Shown one piece after another: positions 41,577 to 53,500 of a DNA stretch of 64,000 nt (position 1 is the stretch's first letter; each line of letters starts with the position of its first letter). Under the pieces are notes generated by a model that ran no database searches, was not told the origin of the DNA, and saw only the letters and a program-made list of their open reading frames with translations. Origin of the DNA: Tubiluchus corallicola. Taxonomy: Eukaryota > Animalia > Priapulida. The position numbers and the translations under genes are program-made. The DNA lies in NCBI GenBank assembly GCA_030141605.1, contig JAQGDQ010000335.1, forward strand, positions 62,001 to 126,000. Reading direction: 5' to 3'.

Positions 41577-44500
41577 ATGGGTCAAACTGGGGATTCGTCT
41601 CCTCCTGCAAGCGTGAATAGTGAAATTGGGGTACTAACAGCTGGTAAAACCCCGCAGACACAAAATGACAAGACTCCGTTGTTACAAGCCAAGCTGCTGC
41701 GTTCTTTAAGTGGAGTAGATGAGACCCTTAAGTCTTCAAGCAGAACTCTGACTACATTTAGTGGTGTGTTTTGCCCCGTGGTGCTGTCTATGTTTAGCGT
41801 TCTTTTGTTTTTACGTATCGGTAAGAAATTTCATCACAAATTTTAAACGAATTGTGCTTGTACAATTGAAAACCATCACTGCATGCACAGGATAATGTGT
41901 ACTCATTGTTACTGCACACCACTTAGAAAGCACAAAATTTTGCTTTATTTAATACACTATTAACGTCTTACTTTTTGCATTCTCTGTTACTGCGCATTGC
42001 ATTATTTGCTCGTGAACATAGCAAAAATTGGTGCAAGTAAATTTGGTACTGGCAAACTTTGGTACAAATAATTTTTACCGGCAAGTTTGCTAATGGCCAA
42101 ATTTGGTACTCGTAAAGAATTTTTGGTATGTGGACATATTGGTACAGTTAAATTTGGTGCTATGGTACTTTGATACTTTGGTACTATGATATTTAGGTAC
42201 AAAGAATTTTTAGTACTGGGAAAATCTATTATAAGGAGTAGGAAAATATGGTACCAGGCATGTTTAGTACTAACAAGGTGTTTTACAAAGAAATTTTGAT
42301 AATACTACTTAAGAAAATGATGGTACCTGGAACATTTAGTACCATCAAAGTTTGGTACCTGGAAAACTTGGTACTAAACAGGAAAAAAGCATTTCTGTGT
42401 CTAATCCCAAAATAATTGCAACAATAACAGTAACGAAAGGACAAATATAACAATGACGACAGCAATGAGTTCGAATGTAACAGAGACAATAGCAATTATG
42501 ATGATTAGGACAACAAGAAGACCAAGCAAGAAACAAACATACAACAACGACAGCAATGACAACAATTGCAAAAAATGACAAAAGTAACAATGATGACAGC
42601 AGTGATGATGGTGATGATGACGATCACAACAAAAAGGAGTGAGAAAGAAACATTAATAACAATGATGACAGTGAATGAAATAACAAACAACAGACAGACA
42701 AACAGACAAGTGAATAATATGAAGTTATATGTTTTTTCAAGTAGGTTATTGAGAAGATTTCTCTATATCAAATTTTCCTAGTGCCAAACTTTTCCAGTGG
42801 TAAACTTTCCTAACACCAAACTTATTCCATACCATTTTTACTAGTATCAAAATGCTCGATGACAAGGCTTTGCCAGTAGTGCCACATTTGCCTTATATCC
42901 AATTTTTCCAGTGCTCAAATTTTCCGAGTACCAAAGCTCCCTCATACTATCAGAAACTTGTTGTTGTTAGCCCAGACTAGATGGCAGTTATATTTTTAAA
43001 CTACCCCTATTTGCACTGGCAAATAATAGCTTTTTTATTTGTTAATTCTCTAAAAAGTCATTTTGTTTTAGGTTTTGTTGTTGGTCAAGCTGGTATCTTG
43101 GAATCTGGTCTTTTGTTTGTGTTGTCATATTGTATACTTGGTCTCACAATTCTTTCCATTTGTGCCATTTCAACGAATGGTGCTATTGAAGGCGGTGGCT
43201 GCTACTGTATCCTTGGAATTTTCTTTAAAATTTTTGCTTAATGCATTTTACATTTTATTGTGGATTTGTCTGAAAAGAATATTGTAAAGGAAAATACATA
43301 TGGTGTTTGCCATCAGTTTTTAAAATTATTGCAATAGACGGCAAAAGGATTGAAAGAAGAGAAGATGAATATAGATTTAGCTGGAGCCAAGTTATAATGT
43401 AGTGTTTTAATCTATCATTTGCAAAGTACTAGTTTGGGATTCTTTTGCAGTTTAATTTAAGCGGAAACGAATATTGGTGGCATGCTACAGTGTTGAAGAG
43501 GGCGTAGTGTTTAGGTAATAAAAATGTCCTAAAAAGTTTACAAACATAACAAGAAATTTTCATTGTTCCAAAAATTCCTTAACGCTCAGCAGTTATGATA
43601 AGTCGAGCTCTGGGACCGGAGTTTGGGGGAAGTATAGGTACACTGTTCTTTTTTGCTAACATTTTCAGCAGTGCGTTATACACTACAGGATGTGTGGAAG
43701 GATTGGTAGACAATTTTGGTCCTGGAGGTAATATGTCTTGTTTATTTCTTTTTATCAGTTGTTTTGTTTGTTTTTTGAAGCTTAATTAGCCAAATCATAT
43801 TGTTTGTGGCATTACTTAAACAAATTTTGGTGAAATTGAATATATATTTTTTGGCATTTTATTAACTAGTTAATGCAAGAAGTTATTGCTATTTGCTGTT
43901 GTTAAATTACAAGCATCGTTTTTACTAACTAAACTAAATTCAAGGAATAATGATTGTACGAGCAGAATAACTGTGGGCTGTGATTAATTTTAGAATTGAA
44001 TAAAACTGACAGCTGTGTTTGGTCATCTACATGTTCTAAACATTCTGAAATATATTTAGTCTGATCTAATGATGGAATGTATTGAAATTATATCATTAAA
44101 AACGAATTTTGCAAGAAAGCTGTTGCAAAATGCTAACGCAGTATTACATTTAAAACTTGTTATTTCATATTTCACTTTCTGTACCATGGTTAGGCAATGG
44201 AAATAGCAATGTGTGTTTGATTTAATTTATTTAGTGCATACATTTTTCGTAATTTGCCTTTATTTACTGAACATTTATGTAATGGATGAAAACATCTATT
44301 ACTGTGACATTCCAACTGAACTAATTCTTTTGATAAGATGATATCCACCTAAGTGTAGTATTTATTTTTAAAACAGTAATACTGCCATAATTGTAACTGG
44401 AATAATTTCAATAAAATTTTATAATGAGCTCAAACAAAGAGTAACTGTGGATGCATTGGTCACCTTTTCTAAGAAAAGTTAGTGTATAATTACACAGTTG

Positions 44501-47500
44501 CTGTAATATCACTGTGTTACATTGCTCACTATTATTTGTATCTTGGTTAAATTTTTTTCAACAAGTTTGGTTAAGTGTGGCATTGCTTTATAGTCTTTTT
44601 TCCCATTTAAGCTAAGTATTATGTGGGCACCAAATACAGTGAATAATCTTGCAGCTGTTAGCTGTTACTGAATTAATTCAAAGTTTCCTCTGTAAACATA
44701 TACTTTCAGAATGTATAATTTATTATACATGTATGCATAACACGCAAGTGCCATACCAGCTTTGCACATTTGACCTGAGTAAAAATTAGTGTGTAGAGCA
44801 CAACGTGCTAATAAAACTCCCTACAGAGTAGATTTTGTTACTTATGATTTGAACGGCATATTTCTGTACACAAAAATTGTAATAACTTTGCATATTATGA
44901 CTGATGTGAGTGGTGTAATTTGCCATATGACTCTTTCATGCTTAAAAATGTTCTGAATCATTATAATGAATTACAAGGACCTGATCTTATAAGCTTATTG
45001 TTGCTCATTAATTGTAATTAGCAGTTTGTTTGTTTACCAGAGCATTGTCATATAATTAATTCTGCCATTCTTGTAATGTAACTAGCAGGCAGTGACATAT
45101 CACACAGTAAAGATGGAGTGATGCTAGATGTTGTTATTAACTCATTCGCAAGTAATAAAGGTGATAAAACTGGTGTGCTTTATTCACATTTTGGTGTTTG
45201 TGTACAGGGAAAATTTTATCAGCTTGTCCTGTAACTAATCACATGCTGCTATTTTACTTTTTTGCAGTCATGGGTGAGTGGTTTCCCAAATTTAAAATTA
45301 CAGCCAGTCTCTTATTTTTGAAGGGTGCCTAGTGCAGCTTGGATTAGCCTACATGCTGCATCAAATTAATCAGCGAGAGTGGCTTTGGGCTTATATACAT
45401 TGCACTGATTTTAAAGTCATTAAGTTTTTGGTTGTGTCACATTTATCCTTGAACCCTGTGGTGTTGGCAGCATGGAATACATGGAGAATGCCAGTGCATT
45501 AGTTATATTTTGCACATTTTCAGGAATTTGGTGCATATGATAATATGATCACTTATGGCTACAAAAAATTTCGTTTTAAGATCCATTAATTTTATTTGGG
45601 ACTAAAGATGCTTCATTGATATTTAAATTATTGAAAGTAACTTGTTGTACTGTTGTATTGTATGTTAACTGAAATTCAAGTTAAAAGCTTTTATATTTTA
45701 ATTGTATAGTTTGGTTAAGACTTCTATTGGATTTTATTGTTGGTAGTTTAAAACTTTGCTAGGAACAAGTATGAATTTAAAAATGCTCACATTTAACCTA
45801 CTTAATGACTAACAAGTTTATTTTCAACTACTGTAGGGTATTCTGGAGAAAATGCTGGACTTCCAGTCGGACGGTGGTGGTCATTTCTATATGGCTCAGT
45901 CATTGCTTTGCTCAACTGTATCATATGTTTGATCGGTGCTCGTTTGTTTGCTCGTATGTCTGTCGGGATTTTAGTCATTGTTGGAATCTCTGCTGCATCC
46001 GTTATCATCAGCATCTTTGTCAACAATGAAGATATTGAGGTGAGAAAAAATTGACATTCTATGGCTTTTCTAAATTGTGAAGCTAGTTGTAGTTATATAA
46101 CATTTTTTATCATTTAATTAGTTAATTTATAGTAATACTTATTAGTTTGCCAGTATTTGCATTGAAGGTAATTTAGTTTTTGAACCGAGTTTAGGTGAGC
46201 ATGATATATAAATTTAAACATTTGTTATTGATGTCCTAGCTTGATTGAGTTGTTATTGGGCTTCCAATAGCAAGATCGTAACAACAACAGGGTTTTTGTC
46301 ATGAGAAGTGATACTTCACTAGTATCACCATTATAATGTATTGTTTCTACGTGCTGAATTTATTGATATCAATTTGCTACTAATTCTCTAAAATTTCATT
46401 TGAATTTTCTTCGTGTACTAGCATTGACCAAATCTCTGTTCTAGGTGGCCATACCAAGAAGTAACTTATTGGTCTACTATAATGAAACTGTGGCTGAGTA
46501 CGGGCCAACAATTAATGGCACCTACACTGGGCTCAGCAGTGAATCTCTTCAGTCAAATCTCTGGTGTAAGTACCGACTGGTGTCCTTTCGCTGTAAAATT
46601 AGGTTAGCTTGTCAGTTTAAGCTTATTTTGCTCTTATTTCTCTGTTGTTCTGTTAACAATACTCTTATATCAACACTTTGATATATGAATAAAAGCTAAA
46701 ACTTAGTTTGTACCCATGCAAGTTAAAAATATGTATATATAAAAAATTCATATCATAATCTCTCTGAAATGCTCCACTAAATTATTGAGAAAACAATATA
46801 AATTATTTTATTATCCCTTATGCTTTTGTACAAAAAGCATGTTGGAAGTTCGTCATATAATGAATGTTGTTTTGTCTGTATTTGTATTAGTGAAGCCTTG
46901 AGAAGTTGCTGCTGCATTAAATATGTTAATGCCAAAAAATCTCGTAGTGACCTACATTAACTTTATTTGTAATAATACTTACTACTATTATTCTGATAAG
47001 TGTAGAAATTTGTCATTTCAGCCAATTACACAAAAGATTATACAACGATGAAGCAGTTAGATTTTGCTACAGTGTTTGCTGTCTTGTTTAGCGGTGTTAC
47101 TGGCATTATGGCTGGTGCAAACATGTCAGGTAAGTAATGTTATAACATTGCTCAACTATGTTAAGATGAAAGAGCTGTCTAAATAATGAAAATGTCATAG
47201 TAAATATTCTGCATCACTAACTAGTTTAATTTGAATGTTTTGTGCAACGCAGGCGGTAGCCAGAACTTAAGCGAAAGTGTGAAACCATCATTTTCATGCA
47301 CTTTTAGTTCTTTCTTGTGAAAGTTGTAAATGCATTGGGAAGAGAAATTAACCATGTAATGTGGCAAACTATATCACTGAACCTGTCCCAAGAATAGAAC
47401 CCAAGTGATCGGTCCTATTACGTGTTGTTGTTGTCGTCACCTTCTTTGTTATTGTGGACATAGCTGCTCATAGCTTCTATCTTGTTGAACGTTCCTCGGG

Positions 47501-50500
47501 AACGAATCGAAGCTATCTGCTTAACAGCCTATTTCTTGTTTGTCACTTTGCTTAGTTGAAGTTATAGGCAGCTTGGTTTGGTTTTCTGGAAGGATTAATA
47601 TCTTGCACTGGGATAGGGGGTCATCCAAAATATGTAAAAATTTGATTTTTGCCACTATTTGGTTGTCTCAGCAACAATTATGCACCTTATCAATTATGAC
47701 TATTTCATTTAATGAGATATTTTTGTTGACAATGTGTTGGCCATTGTTAGGTCATGCTTTATCATCTTCAGTCATTTTATTTTGAGCTAATTATTGTATG
47801 AGTCTAAAATTAAAGCCTTTGTTTTAAGCTCAGTTGTCCTGTTGGGGTTTGCGTGTAGTATGTTTAGCTCTCTTGTGGTATACAATTGATAGACTGATAG
47901 TGTGCATATGTATTAATGTAGTAACTTGTTCAAAAATTTTGCAGAAACAATTAAAAACAAGGCTAGGCATCAAATTCCAATGTTCCATTTTGTACTAATC
48001 TTGCAAAATTTATATTGTTCAGTAATGTAATATACATTGTGATGTACATGTCACCATTATTATTATGACATTTAATTTGCTGTACTTTCTAAAAAGTTAT
48101 TTAGCTCCTAGCAACCTTTTAATATTATTAGCTGCTGCAGCAGTCTATAATTAAGTAATTACCATATATAAATAATAATTAAGCATAGTGAAACAAAGTT
48201 AACAAATTAAGAAAATGTTTAATTGTATAAGACCTTTAGCACATTCAACAGCAATATTGTTATCAAATGTAGATTACTTGGTTAAACAATTCCACTCATT
48301 CTTCCTTGGGTTTATTACTCTTTAACGATGTTTCCTTAGAGTACATTTGCCACATTTTTAGTCCATCTAGTGTATTAGGTATATGTTAGCTTCAACATTT
48401 AACTAACGAATGTTTTTCCATTATAATAATTTTTGCAGGTGACTTGAAAGATCCCAGTAAGTCTATCCCACGCGGCACAATATCTGCGGCTATTTTCACA
48501 TTTTTAACCTACAACATTATGTCACTTCTAGTCGCTGCTTCTTCAGAAAAGTAAGTGCATATAATCTGTATTTACACTGAATGTAGGCAGGAGCGTATTA
48601 ACTGCGTAGGCTAAAGTCTAGGACACCAAAGTTTGAGGGCATCACATTTTAGAATCTCTTATTCTCCTCTGAAAATGTGTATACCATTGGTGAGCAAACT
48701 GCGGCCCGCCTAGAGATCTTGTGCGGCCTGCGAAGAGGTTTGTCAACCTAACGAAAATGCGGCCCGGGTGATGAATGGAGTTGCAAGTATAAGGAAAATA
48801 TTTCCAGTTGAAGTCCGTGCCACGATAGTGGAGATGGATTTTTCCAGTAGATCGGATGGCATTAACCCTTACAAGACGGTTGTCACTTAATGTCACTGTC
48901 GGACATGACGAAATTTAACATTGCTCACTTTGAACACAAAAACTGTCACGGAAGCTGCCATTGAAACGCTCAAATGTACAAGAAATGCGACAAGTAATCT
49001 GGTTGGCTGGTAGGAAGAACCATGCTGGTAGACTTCTATTATTGGGCCGGTTGATCGGCTCCAGTCGTCTTCTTGATCATAGCAGGTAGTTCATTTTGAC
49101 CTGGTTATTTTACAAAATAAATTATAAATAAAATTGTAAAATAACCAAGTCAAAATGATCTATCTACTATGTCCAAGAAGGCGACTGGGCCGATTAAATT
49201 GTAAGTAGCAAGCAAGCTGAAAAAGTGTAGTCGCCTCTGATATAGGTGGATTCCCAGATTTTAGTTTCTGCTTAGGCTCAGTAGTACACACCTCAATCAG
49301 TGGCTGTTTCATCGTTTCATCAAGTGTAATGTTCTTATAAATCAGAAACATAGATAAGAAAAAGAAGAATATTGAAATAGAACCTTGAGTGTTTCAAGAC
49401 AGATTAAAACTGCGCTGTACTGCACAGACTGTGTGATACGAAGTACTAACATGCATTGTAATAATGTTACCACTATCTGACGTGAAAGTTGAAATCTATG
49501 GTTTTTTAATGTAAATTTTAATAACTTCTTAAATAGTTTTCTTGAATGTAGTAGTAATGATGTGCGAAGATCGAATGCAAAAAATCGTTATTAAGTCCTC
49601 CTGTTCTTGGCTCATTGACCAAACTGTATGCGGCCCACAGAAACTGCGGGAAATTTTAATATGGCCCGGCTAGCCAGATAACTTGCACACCCTTGGTGTA
49701 TACATTCATATTCATGTAAAGGGCACATTTTATAATACACCACAGGTAGTTAATGAACTTTTCTTTATAAGTGCCACATATAGGCGCCAGGTGCGCAGTT
49801 TTCTTGAATATAAGCACTATACAAGTACTTGTAATTATTAGTGATGTAATTAATAACAAGTAATTATTTAATACTTTAATTACATAAACAACCATAATTC
49901 ACAATAGAGATGACGGGACAGAACTTTCAGCCTAGGGCGTCGTAAAGTCTTGATACGCCCCTGAATGTAGGTTAATATATAATAAAGTAGTTGAACATGT
50001 TATTATTTGTATTAGAACTGTGAATCCTTTTAACCTTGTTCAACTTTCACCCAGTGAATTTATATGTTTTCTAGTATGCATTCTATGTTAATTTTATAAA
50101 ACTATCATGCTACAAAAATAATTAATACTCTCTACACTTAGGAAGGCCATTTGTACAAGTGTGATTATTGTTAAATATATAAATGAAGTCATTTGGTTTT
50201 TTTTTATGAACTTTGGGTTTCATGAACTTTGGGTTTTTTGTGGCATATTTATTTTTGCTCTTAATTTCCCCGGTGCTCTTAATTTGCTCTTAATGTGCAC
50301 TGGTGGTATGCTTCAAATGAATTTTGTTTCAAGCCTGGAAATTTGCATGGAATTGCTGCCTTGTCTAATTAAGCCTTTTTTGAAAATCTGCCATCTCAGA
50401 GTATGTTAATTTATAATCTAAGCCATTCAGAAAATAGTGTGAACAACATACTTTTGTTTGCAAATTTTCTTGTAAATGCCTAAATTTGTGAAAACAGTAG

Positions 50501-53500
50501 CTATTGTATAAGCTAAAATTTTTGTAATGAGGTGTGTTGTTGTGCAATATAATGTAATAGTTCTTTTAAACGGTTACAAAAATGCCATGTGTTAAAAGAA
50601 CGATATAGAACATACCAGCTTTTGTTGGGAGCATATTAGATGGCATATATATTAAATTTCTTTTAAGTAATGTATGTGATTTCGTTTTGCATTCTACAGC
50701 TTTCTTTTGAAGAACAACTATGTGTTCCTACAATCGGTTAATGTATGGCCTCCGTTTGTCACCATTGGTATATTTGCGGCTACTTTATCTGCTGCCCTGA
50801 GTAACCTTATTGGTGCATCTCGCATTTTGGAAGCACTTGCACGGGATAATCTTTTCGGTGAGTGGTTACGTAGGTGGCAATTTTCTTTGTTTTGTGCTTC
50901 CTTTTAGCTGACTTTTTCCGCATGTCACTTGCTGTGTGGTTCTTCAATGATCCTGCCTATTTCTTTCGTCCTACATCTCTTTGATTAAACATAGTCTTTC
51001 AGTGTAATGAACAAGGTGTGTTCACTGCTCCTACATCCGTATTTATATTTAACAGTTTCCTGCTTAAGAATAATTATAGCATCTTAGCCAGTATCAATCT
51101 CTGGCCACCATTCGTGACCATCGGCACCATTGTTGCTACGTACTTTGCCTCCCTGATTAAAATGATGGGTTCATGTAAGGTACTACAGCCCTTGGCACAG
51201 GATGATCTGTATGGTAAGCCATGTTCTTCTATCACGTGTTTGTTTTTGTGTGGTCATTTATTTGTAGTTTATATAAATATCATTATCATCATCAGCAGAC
51301 TAAGTAAGCATTAGCAAACTGTACATTTTCATGCTGTTTGTTTTTGTGTTGTCTTTTATAATAAATGTTTTTGCGAGCTGTGTATAACAGCTATTATTTA
51401 TAAATTCTGTATGATTCATGTGAATTATTTAATAACATACTGTTATGAATTCTTCACATTTTACTTACGTGTAAGTGTGATTTATTTCTGATTGTAATTA
51501 TAGGTATATTATTGCGACCAGCTTCTAAGCAGACAAGCAGTGGGAATCCCTGGGTAGCCGTACTGGTTGCATACTTCCTTGTACAAGTGAGTATCACGAG
51601 TTTAGTAAAACAAAAATGTGTGGATTTCCATATTACAATTAAAAATTTTAATTTAACCAAGTGAAAATAATAAAAATAATTTGTCTAATTCTATATATTA
51701 TTTGTAGTTCAACAGATTATGAAATTGAATAGGCATATACTTATTTACTCTACTGCTTTCTTTTATTAATCCGTTCTGCAGATTCAGGTGTGAATTTCTG
51801 CAAGAATTCTGTATTACGCATCCGATAATGACTTGAGAATTACTAATTCATTCATTTGCTGACATCCGCATTTTGAGATAGCTAATTTATGTTAGGTGAT
51901 TGGTTAAAAACTTATCAAATTTAGCTTTGTGTAAATTTTTTTTTGAGCTTTATTATACACTGTAGTGAAATTACAAATGAAATTTGGAAGGCATTTATTT
52001 TGTTCGATGCATTTCATCAGCGACTTGCAAAACAAATATGGTATCTTTCAATGAATAATCACTGATTTGTTTTTTAATTCCTAATTTTAGGCTGTATAGC
52101 TTCAAGGTTTTAGACCCAATAATTTTTTATAAAAAATTTGTTTTATGAAACCTTACAAAAAATTCTTGTGTTACATTGATGTTATCTAACTAATTCTAAT
52201 ATTAGTGGTTTTAAGCCATTATATTGTTTTGCAATTAATTGATGAAGATGATGCACCATCATTAATACTAAGTTAATACCTAGATGTGAAAAACAGTGCT
52301 CATACAAAATATCGGACGTTTTGACTAATGTCATTTAAAATTCACAGCATTACATAATAATGCCTGATAGCTACTTAAAGCACAATATGCAGCTGTTAAT
52401 ATTATTATGTTATAAAGTATAAACAGTCAATATGTCTGTGACAGTCGAATAATCATCACTTGTCAAGAATGTGCCAAACATTAGACAATATCAATCTCTT
52501 GCTTTAAAAGGCACTGAAGTCATTGCAAAAATTTTAGCAGTAACAGTTTAGCATAAATCAATAAATTTGGATGTAAGCAACAAATTCAAACTGAATAAAT
52601 AAACATTACAAAATAAACCAGACGTTAATATGAAACACTATTGAATCATAAAACGTTTAACTAAAGCACAATCTGCTAGTTCTTATTATAAACTTTTGTG
52701 TTTGTTCTTAAATAACTGTTACATTAAATATTTTGTAACATAAGATAATTTAATAATTATATTATAAGTTGAGTAAAATATTATTACACCCACATATTTC
52801 ACAATTTTGTACTTTTGGCCACTTTTACAAAACTTCTCTCTTTTCAGAACTTCCAGGAGAAAGATTTGTCAGACTCCTGTGAAGTTCAAATGTCAAGTGT
52901 AGTGCTGAATTGCATTGTCCCTGAATTTCTGAAGGTGTTTAGTTAAATCTTTGATATATTCCCATGAGTACGACCCGAAGTTTAGTGGCGCATGTTTAAG
53001 ACAATATTTATAAAATACGGAATTAGTTTTGTTTTGTTTTGAGTTAAATGCAATATTATGCGAAAGTGGTATAATTAATAGTATAAATCTTACTTAGCTT
53101 TAAGAAGAATATTTTTCCATATTTTGTTGCAATATTAAGTTGTGCTTGTGACATATACAGCGTGTGTGGCTATGTACACATAGCTGCCTTGTATTTTCTG
53201 AAGTGTTCACTAAACTAAAAACATTTTACTGTGATACTGTTTGGCATGCATTATATAATTCCTTTTAGTCAATAAACGATCAGTCAATCAGTCATTGTAC
53301 GGAAGCTAATGCTTCTGCTTTTTTTGCAGTATTCTACTGGGAAGTGTTTCCTATATCATTTATCTTTTTACAGTGCGTCTTGTTGATTGGATCATTGAAT
53401 GAGATTGCAGAAATGACTTCCATCTTTTTCTTGTTCTCCTATGCTTGCACAAATCTTGCTTGTCTTGCGCTGGAGCTAGCATCTGCGCCAAATTTTCGAC

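Larger units (their letters stand above)
48588..49963. mobile_element. hAT-type non-autonomous element (outer)
   Basis: Perfect 8-bp target-site duplication AATGTAGG (48580-48587 and 49964-49971); TIRs CAGGAGCGTATTAA / TTGATACGCCCCTG. Confidence 0.87.

Noticed and set aside
42283-42781. Several hydrophobic or Met/Thr-rich ORFs
   Set aside because: Products of the low-complexity centre of the foldback-like element.
50161-50409. ORF upstream of exon 8a as a possible third exon variant
   Set aside because: No similarity to 8a or 8b and no matching 158-nt splice-site pair.
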